The notes under the pieces are model-generated. The model did no database searches. It saw only the letters and a program-made list of their open reading frames with translations, and was not told the DNA's origin. DNA of 64,000 nt from Histomonas meleagridis 2922-C6/04-290x (Eukaryota > Protista > Parabasalia), in contig JAANOX010000243.1 in the NCBI GenBank assembly GCA_020184695.1, positions 1-64,000 on the forward strand. Direction: 5' to 3'. Each line of letters begins with the position of its first letter. The stretch's first letter is position 1. The position numbers and the translations under genes are program-made. Shown here one piece after another: positions 32,878 through 44,913 of the stretch.

Positions 32878-33867
32878 TTACTCAAGTGTAAGGCTTTCTG
32901 AGTTATCTCCTGGTGATTTCCCAGCTCTTGGTGGTGTTCCTGGACGATCGATAATAACATCGTTATCCTCTATGACAGGTTCAAGGATTTGGAAGGTACA
33001 AAACAGGTTTTCGTCGACTGTTAATATTGCTCCTTTGTTCTCAAACTCATAACAATAGTTCGGAGCAGAGAAAAGCGTAACGACGCTTTGATTTGGATAA
33101 TATGGAAAATCATAACCGTTCATAACCGCCTGATGCGCTCTGCAGATTAAATCAAAACCGAGTTTAGAGAGCAAATCCTCAACTGGTTGCAAGCCAAAGC
33201 ATACGCTGGTTCCACGGTCGTTCTCTTCCCATGTTTCAATTTCACCATCTGGATCTGACCACAATAAATCACAAAGAAGACCTTCTTCTGGAACTTCCAT
33301 TGGTCTTTGAAGTGCTCTGATATCATCAAGTGAATTTAAGCTTGGTGAAATGCCTCCATGGATGCAAAAGATTTTTTCATCGATTATTGCGGCTATTGGA
33401 AGACAATTAAAGACATCACAAAACTTCTTCCATATGGAGAGGTTGTATTGGTCGATGCAATCATCATAGAAACCATAAAGACGGTTAATATATGAACATT
33501 CATGATTTCCACGAAGCATAAAGAAATCATTTGGATATACAATCTTGTAGCAGAAAAGAAGGCAAACTGTTTCAATGCTTTGAGCGCCTCTGTCAACATA
33601 ATCACCAAGAAATAGGTATCTTGTTTGAGGTGGAACCTTTCCCATCTTTAAAAGTCGTAAAAGATCATGGTATTGACCATGAGTATCTCCGCATATTGTA
33701 AGGGGTGGAGCAAGTTCAAGAAGAACAGGTTGTTCAAGAAATATTTTTTTCACAGATGAAAGAATCCACTCAATTTCTTCGAACGAGAGACCAGCAGGGA
33801 CTGTTTTTGGCTCGTGCTCAATGGACCAAAGCTTGTTTATAATATCTTGTGCGTTTGGTTCGGACAT
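32878..33867 (-). CDS. PPP1C: Ser/Thr protein phosphatase PP1 catalytic subunit, 329 aa
   Basis: GDTHGQ, GDYVDRG, RGNHE, SAPNYC, C-terminal TPPR phosphosite typical of PP1. Confidence 0.95.
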   Translation of the reverse strand: MSEPNAQDIINKLWSIEHEPKTVPAGLSFEEIEWILSSVKKIFLEQPVLLELAPPLTICGDTHGQYHDLLRLLKMGKVPPQTRYLFLGDYVDRGAQSIETVCLLFCYKIVYPNDFFMLRGNHECSYINRLYGFYDDCIDQYNLSIWKKFCDVFNCLPIAAIIDEKIFCIHGGISPSLNSLDDIRALQRPMEVPEEGLLCDLLWSDPDGEIETWEENDRGTSVCFGLQPVEDLLSKLGFDLICRAHQAVMNGYDFPYYPNQSVVTLFSAPNYCYEFENKGAILTVDENLFCTFQILEPVIEDNDVIIDRPGTPPRAGKSPGDNSESLTLE

Positions 33868-34399
33868 TATTAATTTATTAAATTCAATTGAAGACGCTGG
33901 CCATTTTTTGATTGGTTTACGAGAAAAGTCTACTTTTTGTAAGAAAATGAGAACATTTTTTCTGTAATAACCGCCATTTTTTCGCTTGAATGAAAAAGTA
34001 GTTTGGGTACGAAACTGTTATTCACAAAGAAAAGTTATTACACTTAACCTTAAATAATATTATGTGAATATCTCATGTTATGAAAATAAATAATCAATTT
34101 TAATTATTAAGAAGTTAAAACCATTATATAAAGAATATAAATAAAAGAAATTATCCTTTTTTTGTATACAATTGTAATTAGTAATTTTTTTAAAAACATT
34201 AAAATAAATTGCCTAAACAACATTCCATTCTTTAAATATGAAAGAAAGAATTGTCCGATGCTTGAAATTCCATTTTTTTATGTCATTTTGAAATTATTTT
34301 CGATTTTCTGTCCAAAAAAGTACATTCAAATTTGAATGTCAATAGCACTTTTTTTCGGAACGGTTATAGTGAAAAAAGTGAAATCAAATGGTTTCTTTA

Positions 34400-35941
34400 T
34401 TAATTCACTTGGCTCATTTCTGATTTACTATCTTCAACTCTTTTATGATATTGATCACAGAATTTTTCATAAAGGTTTCCTGATATATATTGTAATTTGC
34501 TTGGTTCTTCAGCAAAACATACAATCAATGTATCAGCTACTGTCAAAATTGGCTGAACCAAAATAGTAAACAATGAATATGTAAAAGTGCAAGCGCAAAC
34601 GCAACAAATTCCCTTCGTTTCATCTGAATTACCCAAGTAAAATCCAACAATACCACTTGTTACCAACAACATAATTTCATTTAAAGTGATTGTGGCTGAT
34701 ATACAACCATCCTTAATAAGCACATCACAAAACTTACGACAAGAAAGTTCAGTCCATCTTCTACAACCTTCTGTAAATGGCACACCATAAATTGAACAAT
34801 ATATCAAAGCGAATCTATTAATTAAAGAAATCAAAGACTTCAAACATTTCCTTAATAATGTACAAATGCAATAAACACAAGGAAGCCAACAGAATATTCG
34901 TGCCCAATATTTCATCATTGCATTTAACAATTCTGCAATTGTAAGTATAGCGCCTGCGAACACTGCGCTACCGAACGATGTTGTTATTGCTCTTTTTAAT
35001 GATCCGAAGATTGGATATTTCGGGAAATATTCAGTTCCATTTAAGAAATACCATGAAGCTGCAGTTCCGGAAACTGCCATATAAATTATGTATCCCATTG
35101 TTTTTGTTATGAATAAATATGATATAACGATATATAATAACCAATAAAGTGATTGACTTGAGATAAGCAAAATGATGAAAAATAAGTCGAAAAATATTAC
35201 AAACAACATTTGTAGTATTGCATGAATAATGGCAAATATTAATATTGAAGGGAATTTTTTAATAATTTTGGATGTAAGTATTAAAATATCTAACGCAAAG
35301 CCTATAAACATTCGAACACATAAAAATACGACTAAGGAAATAAAACCATAGATCGCGGGATATATAAAGAAAAAATATAAATGGAATTTAATATAAAAAT
35401 AGACGGCAACACCAGTGGCTATAATACTATCGATTAATAAACTAAATTTAAGATAAAAACTTGGAAATAAAGTAGCATATAGAAAATGAAATAAGTTTAA
35501 GCCAAATGCTATTAATAATCCATATCCAAAAAATTTTAAGAAAAATTTAATCGAATTTTCTGCGATTTTATGCTCAGAATAATATATATTATATTTAGAA
35601 TATACATGCACAAATAATGCTATTGTTCCTCCAACGTTTATAAAAAATAGAATTACCCAAAAAATATCATTGCAACGACTTTCTTTAACTGTGTTCTTTG
35701 AGAATTGTTCTGGTTCGAATTGATGTGGATCTGACCAATATTGAGAATATTCTGTTTGATCAACAGGAATTTCATGCCATTGATCAAATTGTATATGTTG
35801 ATATTGAATTTCATATGGATCATAAGTGTATTGTTGATTGGCATAAGTTGGATTATAATCAGTTGCCTGATAAGGGTTTTGTTGATAATTTTGATCATAA
35901 TTCTGCTGGTAATTATAATTTGAGTTTTGGAGGTCTGCCAT
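34400..35941 (-). CDS. Choline transporter-like (CTL/SLC44) protein with Gln/Tyr-rich N-terminus, 513 aa
   Basis: CNDIFWVILF, SGTAASWYF, RAITTSFGSAVFAG, NRFALIYCSIYGVPF, DTLIVCFAEEP. Confidence 0.92.
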   Translation of the reverse strand: MADLQNSNYNYQQNYDQNYQQNPYQATDYNPTYANQQYTYDPYEIQYQHIQFDQWHEIPVDQTEYSQYWSDPHQFEPEQFSKNTVKESRCNDIFWVILFFINVGGTIALFVHVYSKYNIYYSEHKIAENSIKFFLKFFGYGLLIAFGLNLFHFLYATLFPSFYLKFSLLIDSIIATGVAVYFYIKFHLYFFFIYPAIYGFISLVVFLCVRMFIGFALDILILTSKIIKKFPSILIFAIIHAILQMLFVIFFDLFFIILLISSQSLYWLLYIVISYLFITKTMGYIIYMAVSGTAASWYFLNGTEYFPKYPIFGSLKRAITTSFGSAVFAGAILTIAELLNAMMKYWARIFCWLPCVYCICTLLRKCLKSLISLINRFALIYCSIYGVPFTEGCRRWTELSCRKFCDVLIKDGCISATITLNEIMLLVTSGIVGFYLGNSDETKGICCVCACTFTYSLFTILVQPILTVADTLIVCFAEEPSKLQYISGNLYEKFCDQYHKRVEDSKSEMSQVN

Positions 35942-37012
35942 ATATTAAAATGAATATATGATTTAATTTCGTATTTCAAATTCTGATATAAAATCAATAA
36001 AAAAACAAATTTTGTGCTTTTAACTCATTTTTAAAAGGAGCCCGTAAATGAGTACTATCAAAAGTTTTTAAAATATTGAAGTCATTTTCAATATTGAGTT
36101 TTTTGAACAAGTTCTTAATATAAAGAATAACTATAGATGACAAATATGTGAAAGGTTCGATATCCATAATAAAACTTCTAACTGTTTATGTAGTGATATC
36201 ATTTACATTGTAATTGTTATATTGAAATTTTGAGAATCATATTTTTTAATAAATTGAATTTTATGGTTTATTGATGAAAAGCTTATTAATTTCAAGTAGG
36301 AATAACTTAAATAATATTCTCATCAATATCTAATGAAAATAACTTTTGATAAAATATATAAATTTTAAATATATAACAATTTTTAAAAAAAAGATTGTAA
36401 AATTATTATTATTAACACATAAAAAACATATTTTGCAATATTATTTATTAACAAAATATTATTAAAATTTTAAGGAGTTCATCAAAAAATCTTTTAATTA
36501 ATTTCGTTTACATATGCATTACCTTTATTAGAGTACCCAATAGTGATGACCCTATTTCATAATTATTCCCAAACAGTATCCTCAATAATTTTGTAACCAA
36601 ACAATGCGAGAAATATTTAAATCAATTTTATTGTTGAACTTTTCATTATTTTAATATATAATGTTCTTTAGGTAAAACAAGATTCACTATTTCCACAATG
36701 TTCACTATTTGCAATAACTTTTCATGATCCATGTGGAATTAGTGGTTCTTTTATCGTAATAATTTCTCAATATCGATAATCTTCAGGCGATAAATTTCAC
36801 TCCTTTAGATAATATGAATAAGTTGAGACAATTGCTTCTGGTGGTTTGGCTCTATTAAAATAAATCGCGTGTTTATATTCATGAAATGTTTTTATTTTTC
36901 AATTCAAATATTAGTTGTATTAGTTGCATCACACTTAACAAGTCATTAATCCGTAATAAGACACAAAAGAAAATGTTTACTCATTCAAAAAGTTTATTTT
37001 CTGAACAAACTG

Positions 37013-39334
37013 TCACTTTTTCTGGTTGCAAATATATTGGTATATAACGCGACAAATGTAGTATGCCCGATGGAGTTGTACCAGCGATGACTCCGGGTAG
37101 TAACAATTCTGCAGAATCCTTTGGTTCACAACCACCAAAATTATCCATATATGTAATTTTCGATTTTTAATCCCTTCGCTTATCCAAGTTTCAAGTCGTT
37201 TGTTAGTAGCTTCAAATCTATTCACGGAAAGAATCGAATTCTTAAATGACTCCCAAAGCGGTGACTGATAAGAATTCGTACAAATATTAATCAATACATT
37301 CCATGGATCATTAGTTTGGAATAATGAACCTTTCCGAAGAAACATCTTAAATTGATGCGCAATTACTTTAACGGGATCATAATTAGGTTCGAATAATAGG
37401 TCTATTTCTTTATGTGCAAATGCTGGCGTGAAGATATATCTATCGGCTTCTTCCTGAGCGACCGTTAATTCGGGGACCGTTAAAATGTCAAATGAATAAA
37501 TTGAAACAACAGAACGCAAAAGTTGGATAATTTTGACAATTGTTTCATGCGACCTAAGAAGAGCTGTTGTGTTATAATATTTACAAAGCCATTCTTGGTT
37601 CCGAATGATTTCTCGTAAGAATACTATTAATAAATTTTTGGATACAAGATTACATGATGCAAATGTTGCTTGTGTAAGGATATTAACCCTTTGTTTCATT
37701 TGCTGACATATGTGTCGATATTCTTTTATATCAATATCGAGTTCAGAGAAAGCTGGTACTAACGATTTATTTGAAATCGAAAATCCATTAAGTAGAAGCA
37801 TTAAAACTAATTCACAAAGACGTTGATTCAATGGATCATTGTCTTGGTGTGAGGTTATTGGGCATGTTTTTATCTTTTGGAGATGTTGTTCAAGTTCGGT
37901 TAAATAGGGGCACCCCGGAAAACCGTCACAGAATTGTTTTGGTGTAAAATCTGGAAAATATGAGAAATCAACCATAGTTGTGAAGTCTACTTTGGCGTCT
38001 TTCAAACTATTATTGATTACTTTATCAATAATTTGAGGTGTTGTTAAAGATTCAATTTCATTGTAAAATAATTGTGAAGAATCATCACTTGCAAACAAAG
38101 AGTTAATGCTAGCGATTTGTTGGGAAACATCAGTGTCATATGTAAAGTCAGATGTCTTCTTTAAAAGTTCATGCATCATTTCAAATGATGGTGGAACAAA
38201 TTCTTTTCGATGATACATATGCTCACGCTCTGCGTTAAGCTCAGTAAGTCTAAACCTTAAGTTGTCTTCGGTATTTTCTTCATTTTCATGCCATTCTTCA
38301 TCTTGTTCAGTTTGTTCTTTTTGCGTATCAACTGTTGGTGATGGCGGCTGAGGCTCAGGTTCTATTGTTTCAATTGAGACAATGTCATTAGAAATTTCTT
38401 CTAAAGGAATATTTGAGATATCTTCAACAGATACCATTATAGGAATTTCTTCTGGTTCTTCACTTTCTGGTTCTAATGAAAGTGGTTCAGGTGTTGGTGA
38501 TTCTGGGATGACTGTAATGTTTTTAGGTGTAGGTGTTTTATTAGTTTCTTCAGAATGATCAATTTGAGGAGTAGGAGCTGGCGAAGGTTTTGGTGAAGGC
38601 GCTGGGCTTCGAGGAGTTGTTGGCGCATTTGCATCTGCAAATAGGTGCAAAACCCATTTTACCATTTCGTTTTCATTTGCACATTTGTAGTAAACGGTTT
38701 TCGGCGGTTTTCCATATTTTGTTGAAAATTCGTAAACAACAAAACAACATGAGAGAGGGTAATGCCCAAGGCTTTTAATAGGTTCTATACATGTGGATAT
38801 TGTAATTAATGAAGAAAGTTTAACATCAAAGCCAACAGCAGCAGTATCAAGATTAAGTGTCTGAAAACGAATTCCAGAAATGTTACTGAGATTTAATACC
38901 ACATTAGCAAATTTTGTACTTCCTTCAAATAACGCTTCAATGGAGTGATCTGCAGATGTAAGATTTTCAAATTGAAAATTTCGAACAAATAAAGAAATAC
39001 TTTTAAGAGAGTCCCCCCAATAACTGAAGAAAGATTTTGCATCTTTTTCTTTTTTAAATTGAAACTCAATATATTGATTGAAATTAAAAATTGATTGAAT
39101 TTTGAGAAGATGCTTACTTCCTTTCTTTTTTGGTTCATAAGGCGTAAAGTTAGGAACAAAAAGAGCAAATGCATAATTTTTTGCACGATTTTGAGAAAAG
39201 AATGCAAATGGACCTATAACATCAACATCATACTTTGAGAAGCCACTAGTCAATCCAGACAATTTTGTTTCAATTTGTTTCCAATGTAACTCTTTTGCAA
39301 GAGGCCGAAATTCTTCTGGAAGACTTACTTTCAT
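37013..39334 (-). CDS. Hypothetical protein: PH-like N-terminus, Pro/Glu-rich linker, two RUN-like C-terminal domains, 773 aa
   Basis: SPAPSPKPSPAPTP linker; ETWISEGIKNRKLHIWI...ILQNCYYPESSL and LREIIRNQEWLCKYYNTTALL resemble RUN cores. Confidence 0.7.
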   Translation of the reverse strand: MKVSLPEEFRPLAKELHWKQIETKLSGLTSGFSKYDVDVIGPFAFFSQNRAKNYAFALFVPNFTPYEPKKKGSKHLLKIQSIFNFNQYIEFQFKKEKDAKSFFSYWGDSLKSISLFVRNFQFENLTSADHSIEALFEGSTKFANVVLNLSNISGIRFQTLNLDTAAVGFDVKLSSLITISTCIEPIKSLGHYPLSCCFVVYEFSTKYGKPPKTVYYKCANENEMVKWVLHLFADANAPTTPRSPAPSPKPSPAPTPQIDHSEETNKTPTPKNITVIPESPTPEPLSLEPESEEPEEIPIMVSVEDISNIPLEEISNDIVSIETIEPEPQPPSPTVDTQKEQTEQDEEWHENEENTEDNLRFRLTELNAEREHMYHRKEFVPPSFEMMHELLKKTSDFTYDTDVSQQIASINSLFASDDSSQLFYNEIESLTTPQIIDKVINNSLKDAKVDFTTMVDFSYFPDFTPKQFCDGFPGCPYLTELEQHLQKIKTCPITSHQDNDPLNQRLCELVLMLLLNGFSISNKSLVPAFSELDIDIKEYRHICQQMKQRVNILTQATFASCNLVSKNLLIVFLREIIRNQEWLCKYYNTTALLRSHETIVKIIQLLRSVVSIYSFDILTVPELTVAQEEADRYIFTPAFAHKEIDLLFEPNYDPVKVIAHQFKMFLRKGSLFQTNDPWNVLINICTNSYQSPLWESFKNSILSVNRFEATNKRLETWISEGIKNRKLHIWIILVVVNQRILQNCYYPESSLVQLHRAYYICRVIYQYICNQKK

Positions 39335-39477
39335 TTTCTGCTAGTTTTCATTCAAAAATTTTATTGCTAACAATAATTCATAAAAATTACACTTGACACA
39401 TAAACTATCCAAAACCATTCTAAACGGTCTCAAGATTTTTTATATTTTGGACACCCCCAAATTCAACCTTATTTTAC

Positions 39478-41445
39478 ATGTCCATTTCTTCACTTCTCAA
39501 TGGACAAGCAACTAAGAGCAAAATTCCGCAGGCAACTGTTGTGCGTAGAGTCGTACATGTCAATCAAAATATTTCAAAGCCAACAATTCCTTCAAGTAAT
39601 AATAATAATACAACTAATAATAATAATCCTCAAAATAACAACCCAATTCCTAGTGAAGAAGATTGCTTAACATTTTCAATCATATCTAAATTATGCCTAC
39701 CTAAAACTTTGGTCGAGAAAATAAATCTTCTATTTCTAAAGTTACTTCAAAATAAAATCGGGTTTACAACTGTTTCAAAGATAATATCTCAAGACACACA
39801 ACACTATCCTATTGTTTATACGAGCTGGCAAGCTGTTATTCAAAGGAAAGCAATTTCCAAAGAACCATTATTTCACAAGATTTCCAAAATTGTACTATGG
39901 TTCAAAAATAATCAAATACCATCCATCATGTGCGTTAATTTCATTAAATTTCTATCAGATTCTAGGCAACAACAATTATCTCAAATCAAACTTTTAAGTT
40001 ATCTTATAACAAATGACTTCGAAAATTTCACACCGCATTGTACATCACAGCTCCTTCAATTTGCGCTTGAATTATTTCCTTATCTTTCATCATCTAATTT
40101 TAATGTCTCACCTAAACCAATCGAAAATGTTTCTTTAGCAACAAATTTAGGAATTGAAGATCCAAATTCGCCATTTATTATTCCAAAACGTGTATTAGAT
40201 GTCTCTCTAGCGATGCAACGAAAACTTCGACTTCAAAAACAAAAAGCCTTGTCAACGCATCATAGAGGCGCATTAAGCTTACCAACCAATGTCAAATTTA
40301 CGCCATCACATAGTCAAAGTTTATCTGATTTGCCAAATAATGGTACCTCATTTATCTTTAACTTTATAACTAAATCAACACCTGTAGGCCACGAGGGAGG
40401 ATCCAGGCCAATTCCACATCATGTAGAAGCAGCTCCTGCTCCAACGCGTGATATAAATGAACTTCTAGAACGTTTAGAAGTACTTGAGCATTTACGTGAT
40501 GAAATTATTGGTTTTAACATAGACATCAATCAACTTAAATATGTAATTCGTGATCCTGGTATGAAAATATATGGACCTGCCTGGGAGGAAATTGAAAGTT
40601 ATTTAACAAGTAGAGAAGTACGACAATATGTAATATCAAGGCTTCGAAGTCTTTTACCTAGAATTGAAGATAATCATTATAACGAGCGTACATTCAGTAT
40701 GCAATATCTTAAAACCCAACCCACAAACGGTTTCATTCAGAGTATAAAACCGTTAAACTTTTATTCAGGGACTTCGTTTGAATTTCCGTTTTTTGACGAT
40801 GAAGTGACACTTTTTTTGAAACAAGTTATTCTTACTCATAAATCAAGTCAACAAAAATTCCCAAGTGTTGTATGGTTTATCAATGAAATCTTACCCAAGT
40901 TTCAAATTACTAACACAGATTATATTATCAAAATCTTTGGCAACAGTTCATTAGCTAATTCGTTATCTTATTTCAATATGTTATGTAACGTAATACGACC
41001 GTTATTTTCGCCTGATTCAATTCTAGCGGGTACTTATTCAATTGTTTTAGAGTCTGCCTATGAAAAAGTTCTCCGCCAATTTAACGTTCCCATTGACAAA
41101 AGTATTTTAAGTAAAACATTGAAATCGATTTTAACGAATCGAACGGTTATCGACGATAAAGCCGATGAGATCTCAAAATATTATGGCAATTATTCGCAAA
41201 ACTTTGCACAGTTTTATCCCATCTTTAGCAAATTAAATCACTCAACATCATGGCTTCAAACAAGCCCGCACTTACGTAAGTTTAACAGATTAGCAGAGTC
41301 GTTTGGCTATGCAAAAGATATTCAGACATTAAAATCATATGAAAAAATATACAAAAAATTGGTCAGATTCCCTTCAGGTGAAAGAATAGTGTCACTCGAG
41401 TTTAGAATTAAGAAAAATGAGATCTTCGTCGAACCAATCGACTAG
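39478..41445 (+). CDS. Hypothetical protein with Asn-rich N-terminal tract, 655 aa
   Basis: Long ORF; poly-Asn tract; no confident domain call. Confidence 0.8.
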   Translation: MSISSLLNGQATKSKIPQATVVRRVVHVNQNISKPTIPSSNNNNTTNNNNPQNNNPIPSEEDCLTFSIISKLCLPKTLVEKINLLFLKLLQNKIGFTTVSKIISQDTQHYPIVYTSWQAVIQRKAISKEPLFHKISKIVLWFKNNQIPSIMCVNFIKFLSDSRQQQLSQIKLLSYLITNDFENFTPHCTSQLLQFALELFPYLSSSNFNVSPKPIENVSLATNLGIEDPNSPFIIPKRVLDVSLAMQRKLRLQKQKALSTHHRGALSLPTNVKFTPSHSQSLSDLPNNGTSFIFNFITKSTPVGHEGGSRPIPHHVEAAPAPTRDINELLERLEVLEHLRDEIIGFNIDINQLKYVIRDPGMKIYGPAWEEIESYLTSREVRQYVISRLRSLLPRIEDNHYNERTFSMQYLKTQPTNGFIQSIKPLNFYSGTSFEFPFFDDEVTLFLKQVILTHKSSQQKFPSVVWFINEILPKFQITNTDYIIKIFGNSSLANSLSYFNMLCNVIRPLFSPDSILAGTYSIVLESAYEKVLRQFNVPIDKSILSKTLKSILTNRTVIDDKADEISKYYGNYSQNFAQFYPIFSKLNHSTSWLQTSPHLRKFNRLAESFGYAKDIQTLKSYEKIYKKLVRFPSGERIVSLEFRIKKNEIFVEPID

Positions 41446-42107
41446 ATTATGTCAAAAATAAAATCGGTTCCATCCTTATTCAGTTTTTTGATTAGAGTTG
41501 AGTAGAAAAATTCAAAGTCAAAGTCGTCTTTGTACTGATACGGAGAATCGGTTTGGAGAAATGATAAGTTAAAACATATGTCCAGATTTTGAAATGTCAT
41601 CATATTAACAGACGATTTGCTAAGAATGGCTTTGAGTGCTTTAAATATGAGTGCAATGCAACGACGATTAAGTGGATCAAGAAGCATTAAGGTCTCGGAA
41701 ACTGATTTTGGATCATCTTTACGATAATATGTATTAACAACTTCGGTGGTAAGTATCGGTTCTGGTAAAGAACGTAACCATTGCTTAAGAAAAGAAGTAT
41801 ACTCGTGAATGTGACAATCAGGTGGTGGTACAAATTTGACAGGATCTAATGCTGCATGACCAATTTCTTGAACAACTCTGTGACTTCCGCATATACGGAA
41901 AAGACCTTGTACATTGGCGTTTTTGATAATTTCGTCAATAACAATTGGAAGAAATATTGGACATCCATTATCATTCACTGGTAAAAGATGAATATCCATT
42001 CCAAATATGGTTTCTTCCTTTTTTTCGGGTTCTGGTGTTGGTTCTGGTTGTGTTTCGTTTCTTTTGAAAATTGAAGGAAAGTTGGAAAACGCTTTGTTAA
42101 TACTCAT
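41442..42107 (-). CDS. RhoGAP-domain protein, ~221 aa
   Basis: IFGMDI, QGLFRICGS (Arg finger), SFLKQWLRSLPEPIL, NMMTFQNLDICF; likely ATG at 42107. Confidence 0.92.
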   Translation of the reverse strand: MSINKAFSNFPSIFKRNETQPEPTPEPEKKEETIFGMDIHLLPVNDNGCPIFLPIVIDEIIKNANVQGLFRICGSHRVVQEIGHAALDPVKFVPPPDCHIHEYTSFLKQWLRSLPEPILTTEVVNTYYRKDDPKSVSETLMLLDPLNRRCIALIFKALKAILSKSSVNMMTFQNLDICFNLSFLQTDSPYQYKDDFDFEFFYSTLIKKLNKDGTDFIFDII

Positions 42108-42517
42108 TATGATCGGCTTTTTGGAGGTTTGTTTATTTTCCCAAAATATTCGTAAACATTTGAATTTTGTTTGTATCGATTTTAAACGGCGTTTACAGCA
42201 AATTGAATGATTGTTTTTAATAATTGTCATCGTTATGGAGGTATGTCTGAAAAATATCATCTTGATTTTTTCATTGTTTTCGTTTTTTTGTGACAAAAAT
42301 AGACCAACTTGTGGTTTTACTTTTGTCGATATCGAAATGTTATTAAAAAAAATTAAGTTTCTTGACTTTATAAAAATATCTTTAATTACATTTTTTATAA
42401 AATGCCTATATGGAATCATTTAAGGCATTAATTGTTGAACATATATGTAGAATTTTTATTTGATATATATTATAATAATAATAGATTCTATCAATTGATA
42501 TTAAAAAAACAAAAAAT

Positions 42518-42589
42518 TGTCTCCGGGCAGGATCGAACTGCCGTCAAGAGCGTGTTAAACTCCTATTCTAACCATTAGACTACGGAGAC
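42518..42589 (-). tRNA. trnV: tRNA-Val(AAC), 72 nt, intronless
   Basis: Acceptor stem GTCTCCG/CGGAGAC; anticodon arm GGAGT-TTAACAC-GCTCT; T arm GGCAG-TTCGATC-CTGCC; T-run Pol III terminator just downstream. Confidence 0.93.
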
Positions 42590-42773
42590 TTTCGTATTTC
42601 TTTTTACTATATAAAATACTGTATATATTAAAATCTAATGTAAAAATGCAAATTTCTCATTATATATTAATTTTCCAAATTTACATACTTCTGCTTCACA
42701 TAATTTCAATAAAATTTATCCATTTTAAATATTTTTATTTAAAACATTACATAAAATAAAAACTACAAACATT

Positions 42774-43913
42774 TTAATTACTAGGTCCAAACTTTGTCTT
42801 CAAAAACACCATTAATTTATTTCCCAATTTTTTCTGCAAGCAACTCGGGAACAAACATTTCCTTAAGAATGCTAATGCACTATTAAATCCACCATAAGTC
42901 CCAACCTTAGTTAAAAATCCAATCTCTGCATCTTCAACTATTTCCCCATAGTACAACATTCTTGTATCGATGTGATTTGTATCTCTTTCATCGATATCTA
43001 TGACTCTACATCCCCGATCCATTCCAGGAAATTCGTATGAACCTACAAATCCTGCAGACGAGTCAAATCCGATTCCAATTCCATCTTTCGTATATCCGAA
43101 AAATGAGTCGCCATGATTATGGCCAAAAAACGCAGCAATTACATCGCCGTTATTAAGCCATGCTTCATAAAGACCATTTTCATATTCAGATCCAAATGCT
43201 ACATCTGGACCTTCAAAGAAAAGTCCGGTTGGATCATACTTTAACTCTGGATTTAATGATAAAAAGCTTCCAAAATAATTTCCTTTGCTTATTGCTGTGG
43301 TCGTATGAGGAAAATCGCTATTAATAAGCATGGTTTGATATACCTCTGGAATAGGACGATGTTGAAACCATAGAGATGGAAGTGGGCGGCCATTATTTTG
43401 GGAGTTAAGTTCCCTCGATTTTGATGTGTACCACGAAACTTGGTCAGGAGCTGTAAAGAAACTTGAACTATCAGGCCCTGAGTCAACAAACCAAAGGTTG
43501 AATATGTTATGTTCTTGTTTAGAATCTTTAATAAGTAAATTATAATTTCCAATACCTGTGATTTCTTCTGGGCCAGAAATTGCAAGACAGCGAGGATACT
43601 TCTGATAGTAAGAAAGCTGCTGCGATATAGGATATGAAATTTCAGGATCATGATTGCCAAATGTTAGTGCAAAAGGCACGTTACTGGAATCAATTACTTC
43701 AAGAAATTTATTGACAGATCTTTCAAAATGTCCCCCTGGAAGTTTAACTGCAACTTGATCACCATTCAAAACGATAAGATCAGGATCTGTTTTCGAAATT
43801 GCATTTGAAATCAAGGTGATGGATTTTTGTGTGTCTCTAAGCGAAGAATGAATATCACTCATTAGAAGAATTCTGAATTTTCCATTAGAGTCAAAATGTA
43901 AACATTTTTCCAT
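42774..43913 (-). CDS. Calcineurin-like metallophosphoesterase (Dcr2/PAP-like), 379 aa
   Basis: MSDIH, LNGDQV, FGNHD, WFQHRP, FGHNH, RGCRVIDI. Confidence 0.92.
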   Translation of the reverse strand: MEKCLHFDSNGKFRILLMSDIHSSLRDTQKSITLISNAISKTDPDLIVLNGDQVAVKLPGGHFERSVNKFLEVIDSSNVPFALTFGNHDPEISYPISQQLSYYQKYPRCLAISGPEEITGIGNYNLLIKDSKQEHNIFNLWFVDSGPDSSSFFTAPDQVSWYTSKSRELNSQNNGRPLPSLWFQHRPIPEVYQTMLINSDFPHTTTAISKGNYFGSFLSLNPELKYDPTGLFFEGPDVAFGSEYENGLYEAWLNNGDVIAAFFGHNHGDSFFGYTKDGIGIGFDSSAGFVGSYEFPGMDRGCRVIDIDERDTNHIDTRMLYYGEIVEDAEIGFLTKVGTYGGFNSALAFLRKCLFPSCLQKKLGNKLMVFLKTKFGPSN

Positions 43914-44139
43914 TTGGGTCTTTTATGTACTATCGGCATTTCGTGACAACTTTTTAAATGCATAACGGCGTATCGTTTGAAGTTTTTTAATATAAAAATA
44001 TTATTTTTATTAAAAGTATTTTGGAATGAATTTTGCTACTATAGCAGATGTTTGCTAACCTATCATAAGTACTTAATATTAGCTTCCTAGTCAAATTTTC
44101 AAAAAGAAGTTATTACTTAAATCAAATACTTTTTAATAT

Positions 44140-44530
44140 GATCTTTTACGTCTAGACGAAGGTTTAACAGATGCACAACGTATCCAAGGTATTAATCAAC
44201 AACTTAGTGTTGATGTTGATCCAGATACAATAGCTCATAATTATATTTTCATTAGCTAATGAAATCAATGATTTTACCATAGATTCATCCATTAATCTTA
44301 ATGGAGTTGACGAAGGTGGCATAGTTGCCATAGCAGGAAGTGATTACGATGATTATTATTCATCTTCATCTTCAGACGACGAACCTATTGATGATGTCAA
44401 AATTCCACTTTCAGTAACTAGCACAGGTTGGGAAAGAAAATTTTTAAAGCATTTCAACAATTTGAGTGTGCCCCTGAGTATGCTATTGCAAGTGCTGTAT
44501 GATATAATTTTAATAAATTCCAAATAAAGA
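44140..44530 (+). pseudogene. Frameshifted acidic ORF remnant
   Basis: DLLRLDEGLTDAQRIQGINQQLSVDVDPDTIAH, then a frame change to ANEINDFTIDSSINLNGVDEGGIVAIAGSDYDDYYSSSSSDDEPIDD; no intact start. Confidence 0.4.
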
Positions 44531-44700
44531 AATGATAATTAATATGAATATAAACCATATTAAAATTAATAAAAAAATATTTTTTACGTCAACATTGAAT
44601 CCTTTTTTTTTCAGGAGCAATTTAGCAAAACCAGCATAATGTTTTGATGATGATATTATAAGTGCTGTATCAAATAAACAGAACAAGCACCACATATATT
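44440..44700 (-). repeat. Ankyrin repeats separated by an insert (170-bp period), distal part of the array
   Basis: DTALIISSSKHYAGFAKLLLKKKGFNVDVKNI, then insert, then HTALAIAYSG; AGTGCTG at 44661 and 44491. Confidence 0.8.
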
Positions 44701-44913
44701 TTTTGAAAAATCAAATTGCAAATTAAAATTGCATTTGAAAAATATAAAAATTTCTTTTTTTGCATTAATTTTATAATTCCTTCATATCTACGTCAAAATT
44801 TAACAACTTCAATTTTACCATTTTTGAATTGTAACCATAAGTGGTGTCAAATGACACAAATAAATCCCATAAATTCAAAATAAACATTAATTATATGAAT
44901 AGATGATTTTTTA

